64,000 nucleotides of DNA from a virus. Its lineage: Duplodnaviria; Caudoviricetes. The translations under genes and the position numbers were made by a program. Below the pieces are notes generated by a model. The model ran no database searches. It saw nothing but the letters and a program-made list of their open reading frames with translations, and was not told where the DNA came from. The stretch spans positions 119,209-183,208 of the IMG/VR virus record IMGVR_UViG_3300029288_007102, one strand, 5' to 3'. This document shows, one piece after another, positions 58,959 through 64,000 of this stretch. Position 1 is the first letter of the stretch. Each line of letters begins with the position of its first letter.

Positions 58959-59627
58959 GTGGGTAGAATGAAAGATCATCCTATCCTTTTTAGCGGCGAG
59001 ATGGTACGGGCAATATTAGCCGGGAAGAAAGAACAGACTCGCAGAATAATTAAGGAAATAAAGAGTCCTCTTTGGGTAGTGGAAGAAGTAAGACCCGATC
59101 TTGGTTATTCTGCTAGTATGGGGAATATCTGGGCGGGCTTTAGGTTTAATGAGAATCCCCAAGGATCTTTGTCTTATTTCAAATGTCTTTTTGGAAAGCC
59201 AGGGGATCTTCTTTGGGTGAGAGAGAAATGGGCTTTTGTCAAAGGTGAACCTACAAATATTAATTCTGAGAAGGCGACAGTCTACTATGAGGCTGATAGA
59301 AAATATAAGGTTGTTGGTTGTCAGTCGTCTGCCCAGAATGATGGGAAATGGATAAGGTGGCGGCCATCTATCCACATGCCGAAAATCTTCAGCCGGATCT
59401 CCTTGGAGATAATAGATATTCAGGTGGAGAGGCTCCAAGATATAAGTGATGAGGATGTGAAAGCGGAAGGGGTAGAGATGCCCCACAACGAATTGTTCCC
59501 TATGATAAATGCGGAGGATAAATTAAAAGCAGAGTTCCAGAGATTGTGGAATTCCGTTAATGGTGCTGGGGTTTGGGGAAGTAATCCTTATGTGTGGAAA
59601 ATCATATTTAAAAGGATAAAGGAATGA
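58959..59627 (+). CDS. ASCH/PUA-like phage protein
   Basis: PILFSGEMVRAILAGKKEQTRR, GDLLWVRE, WRPSIHMP, VERLQDIS, NPYVW. Confidence 0.8.
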   Translation: MGRMKDHPILFSGEMVRAILAGKKEQTRRIIKEIKSPLWVVEEVRPDLGYSASMGNIWAGFRFNENPQGSLSYFKCLFGKPGDLLWVREKWAFVKGEPTNINSEKATVYYEADRKYKVVGCQSSAQNDGKWIRWRPSIHMPKIFSRISLEIIDIQVERLQDISDEDVKAEGVEMPHNELFPMINAEDKLKAEFQRLWNSVNGAGVWGSNPYVWKIIFKRIKE

Positions 59628-59853
59628 AACGGGTAAAGCGGTACGATTGTATTTTCAGTAGTTGGGGAAAAACATTTAAATATAGTAGGCATTTATACGG
59701 GAATGTAAGAGATCCTTATACAGGAAAACTTTATTGTCTCCGGTGTGCTCATCTTAAAGGAGAAAAAGAATGACCAGTATGGACTGGGTAGTAAAGCCAG
59801 AGAATTTAGATTAAAAATCAACCATACTGGGGCTTTAATTTTTAGGAGGTTGT

Positions 59854-62800
59854 ATGAAAAGGTTGAAGATTGCTAAACGCAAGACGGTATTGGATGAGAC
59901 GTTAAGGTTGAGCTGGGCAGTGGAGAAGTTGAATATTGCAGCTGGCCAAAAAAGAATGAGGGAAAAGGATTTCGATGATTGTACGTCTTATGTTTGGTCT
60001 TATACAACTAACCATAATGTAGACAGTAGGCCGTATTATTACTTGTTGTGGAAAGTTGTTGATTCTACTCAGGGGCCTAAGGCGAATATGGTATATAAAG
60101 CGATGTGTGATAAGATGATTGAACTTATTGAGGCGGAAGATGTTCTAAAATATAAGGAGGGTTGATGTGGGGGAGATATACGGTGGAGCAAAAGTTTTAG
60201 GAAATGAATTGTTTTGTCCTATCTGTGGGACACAAGTAGATTATGATTGCTACCACCACAGATTTGAGTGTTTGTCAAAGTCTTGCCATTGGCAAAGTGA
60301 AAACAACCCAGAGATTGGTGATTATGTGCCAGTAGTAAGTCAAATAATAAAGAAACGCTAGGGGTATATAAGTTGTTGGAGGGAAAGAGGGGGAGAGAAT
60401 GAAGAAAGAGAAGTGGTGTGAGCATATAGTGTTAGTAGATGAGCAGTATGAAATATACAACAAATATGTCCCGAGTGAATGGAAATATTGTCCTGTATGC
60501 GGGGAAAGACGACCATAAAATTAGGGGGAGATATGAAGAAAGAAGATCTGGATGAGCTTGTGGATCTGGCTAAGGCTTATGAGGAGGCGGATGAATGTGA
60601 TTATTGCCAGTCTGGGAAGTTCCAGGGCTTGGCACCTTATGAAATCGCCCGGCGTATAGTCGCAAAGATCTTTGCATTAAAACTTGTAGAGGGGAAATAA
60701 GATGTGTGATAACTTAAGTGATGATGATAGTTTGGCTTGTGAAGTAGAGCGTTGTGAGTTCTGCGGGAAGAAAGAAGGCGAGTGTGAATGTAATAGGGAT
60801 TGGGAGGCAAGTCTGTGATGATAGAGCAGATTATGAATAAGATTTTATCTTACTTTCTTCTCTATTATGGCGGTATGATCTTTGGTTGTTTGATGATGGC
60901 TTCTACGGAGAAGCAACATTCTACAAAGAAGACTATTGTGATTCTTGCTATTGGTTTGGCTATCAGTGCGGTCTTTGTAATTGTTGGAGTATTATTGGAA
61001 AATAAAAAGGTGGGATAGGATGAGTGGGAAGATAAGGTGTACTTGTTGTTATGTGTTAAGGAGTATAGGTGACATAAAGATTTCTTCCAATGGTACTCCA
61101 TATTGTGAAAGGTGTATTGTTTGGGTAGAAGAAGAATTAAAGGCGTCCAGAAGAATTCGGCGAGCAAGTAAGAAAAAAAGTAAGGTAGGAGGGCAAGATG
61201 AATCTGTTTAAGAAAAAGGTTGTGGATTATGTTTTTAGGCAGTTGTTGCTAAAGGCTTGGATGGAGCATGCAAAGTCAAAAGGGGATAATAGAGTTATAA
61301 CTCCCCGGGAAAAAGCGATTAGGGAATTACAGGATTGGTATTCTGAGGGGGATGAATAAATGAAAATAGACAGTAGTTTTCTTGCGACAACGGGAAGTGA
61401 ACTTGAAGAGGGGAAAACTTATATCTACAAGGAGTCTCTTCCTTATACTATGTGGAGGATCAGGGTAGACAAGCTTTCTGAGGACAAGGATGGGATGGTG
61501 ACTATAGCTTATACAGTTTTAAACTCAATATATCCCGAGGACATAGGCCAGAAAGATACTATGACTATGCACCAAGGTGGCCATTATTACTTTGGAGGGA
61601 TGTGGCAGATCTATGATGATGGGACATATATGTTTCCTGAGAAGGGGGTAGAGAATGAAAGTTAAAGTTAAAGATAATATATTATTTGGGGAAGATTGTT
61701 TTCGAGATCTGGTACTGCCAACCAAAGAGGAACTTGCGAGTGTGGAGAAAGGAGATCTGATCCTGGTGCTGCAGGAAGTCCGCCAGCTGAGTGCAGGTTT
61801 TTGGGCCAGCTCCAACGATAAGGCTAACACACACTGGCTTTCTAAAGATAGGATAGTGGCCATCGTAGAGAAGGCTAAGGGTAAGAAGGCTACATTTCCG
61901 GATAAGGTCCTAGGGTATTCTATAGACGAGATTCAGGATGGGTTGAACTATGCCAAGGAAAGAGGATGGGCTTCTAAAGAAGAGAAGAAGCCGGGGATCA
62001 AAGATCGGATTTGGGGGATTTTCAGTAAGTATAGTATGAACTACAGTAGGCCAGCTATGGAAGAGATCTTGGCTGAGGTCAGAGAATTGATTGAGGAAGA
62101 AAGAATAAAGTTTTCTGACATGCCGGGTTCAATGCCTTCAAAGTTGAGGGATGATATAGTTTTTGTCCGGAACAAAGTTTTAGATTTAATACTAGAAAAA
62201 TTGAAGTAGGAGAGGGTATATATGTTAGATCAGGGGCTTGCTTCGTTAGCATCCGCTCTCATATGTATGCAATTGATGCGTTGGACTAAAGGTAAACATG
62301 GAATAGGGTGGTTCATTGTTTGCCTATTACTTATCTGGCCATAGGAGGTTGTGAGATGGATAAACAACATTATCAGAAAACAATTCTTGCAGAAGCTGTC
62401 AGTGAGGTTTTAAAGAGTTGGGGATTGCCGGAGAAGGACAACGAAAGAAACTGGTATATAGCCGGATACCTATTAAAAGAGATGGAAGAAGTAGAAGCGT
62501 TTAAATATTTAGGGTCTACTTAACCTATAAAGAAAGTGGGGTAGTCGATGATTAACCTAAGAAGCTCACACTATAATAATTTTGAAAATGCGGCTTTAAT
62601 GTTATTAGAAAATGGAGCCACAATAGACGAGCTTAAAACTCAACTTGAGATAATTGTCGAAATTAGAAATGAGGCAGCCGACGAGACGACTAGAGGGTAA
62701 AGATGAAACATAAACATAATTGGGAAGTTATATTAGAAAGATATGAGCCTGTTCCTGGATGCCATAGATTGCGTAGAAAGGTTTATGTAAGAGAACAATG

Positions 62801-64000
62801 TTCTTGCGGTAAGCAAAGGAAAAGGAGTATTAAATGACTGACCAGGGAGTGAGGGGGAGAATGGAAAAAGAAATATTAACTGCCATTGGGCCTGGTAATG
62901 AAGGATTGGTAAAAGAGATTGTTAATAGACAATTATCCCTCATCAGACAGGAGATAGAGAAGTGCAGGCCGATTAGCACGGACAATTTTTGCAACCAAGT
63001 CATAGATCGCCTCCATGCTAAGATACAGGAAAGATTAAAATAGATAGGACTTTCACTATTGGCCGAAGTCCAAATACCTGCGATGATTGGTCTCTCCAAC
63101 ACATCGGGGAAACTAAAGAATTGGGCTGAGAGGGCTTTCCGGGGAAACCTATAAAAAACCCGACAAAATAACTTTGAAGGAGATGAGGATGATAGGTAAA
63201 ATGGATTGGAAAGAAGGGCTTCAAGGGTGGATTATATTTGTGCAGATATTTGCTGTAGGGTATTTTATTGGCTGGATTATTCAATTGGTTTTAGCTTTTA
63301 AGTTTGGGATTTAATAACCAAAGAAGGGGTTAAAAATGAAGAGGGTGAAAACAAAACATGCAACAGTAATAATTTGTTATCATACTGATTGTAAGTTTAA
63401 TGAAAGACAAGATACTTTTTATGTTTGTTCTAAGAAACAGATACATCTTTTTGGACATCATTCAAGTGACCACCAAGATTGGCCAATGATGATGATGTGT
63501 GAAGGCCGCAAGGTTAAAAAGGGGTATTATGATGATACTGTTGATGTAGGTTTGAATCCTGCCAATTCCAATACTTTGAAAGATAAAAATAAAAGGAGGG
63601 TTAGATGAAGAAATCAATACAAGAGATAAATGAAGAGGTTAGGAAGTTAGAATGTGATCCGCTACACAACGTGGAGTTCCTCCTGGAGGCCACAGCAGCC
63701 CATTTGAAGGATCATCTCTATTTCCAGAAGCATCCGAACCCTGAATGGACGAAAGGCCTGCCAGATACGACCAGGCATATGATAAAATGTTTAAATAAGA
63801 CTAGGCGGAGTCTCCGGAAGGATGTGGCCAAGTTAATCTTTGGCCCAATGCATCACAATCTGGCGATGAGCAAATGTTTTAAAAATAAGAAGTTAGGAGA
63901 GATACATGAGAGTGCGGTGAGGATAGACATCCGTCTAGTGGAAGCAGTCATAAGGGTGAGAGATCTAAAACTCCCACTAAGGAAAGGGGTTGTGAAATAA
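59854..64000 (+). other. run of short hypothetical + strand ORFs (hyperplastic region)
   Basis: Tightly packed 60-185 aa ORFs with RBSs and no recognisable motifs. Confidence 0.6.

Noticed and set aside
63123-63135. GGGCTGAGA as a TPP riboswitch
   Set aside because: The other TPP core elements (CCTGA..., GGGA) are absent
333-63284. Minus-strand ORFs in the ORF track
   Set aside because: Nearly all are antisense shadows of + strand genes or RNAs with no recognisable motifs
1-64000. Genome-wide stop-codon reassignment
   Set aside because: Long conserved genes are intact in code 11, and TAG, TGA and TAA all end genes right before the next start

Overview
This 64 kb window looks like part of a large (jumbo-type) dsDNA bacteriophage genome. 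Genes are dense, virtually all on the + strand, use the standard code and have GGAGG-type RBSs. No structural or virion genes are clearly present. 5.2-25.2 kb is a replication/recombination block: SF2 helicase, candidate origin, DnaB-like helicase, frameshifted primase, DNA MTase, DnaE fused to a family-4 uracil-DNA glycosylase, UvsY-like, gp32-like SSB, RecA, 5'-3' exonuclease, SbcCD, RuvC-like and NusG-like genes. The rest is accessory and rich in tRNA/RNA-repair functions (Thg1, two RNA ligases, two nucleotidyltransferases, HAD phosphatase, DHH nuclease, SPFH protein, four tRNAs, several tRNA-like/structured RNAs). It also carries PncB, a vWA + PurA-like cassette, LemA/TPM, Fic and many small ORFs. 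Two non-coding arrays stand out. (1) 34.70-35.15 kb: five tracts of phased GG(T/C/A)-NN pentamers with freely variable NN, separated by 22-24 nt AT-rich linkers, directly upstream of a stand-alone RAMP/Cas7-like gene; a candidate CRISPR-independent RNA-guided system. (2) 26.59-26.93 kb: five tandem hairpin units with compensatory base changes and a conserved UCCUAAC, downstream of a sigma70-type promoter and upstream of a ~640-aa helical/TerD-like protein. All protein calls come from motif recognition by eye; no database searches were run.
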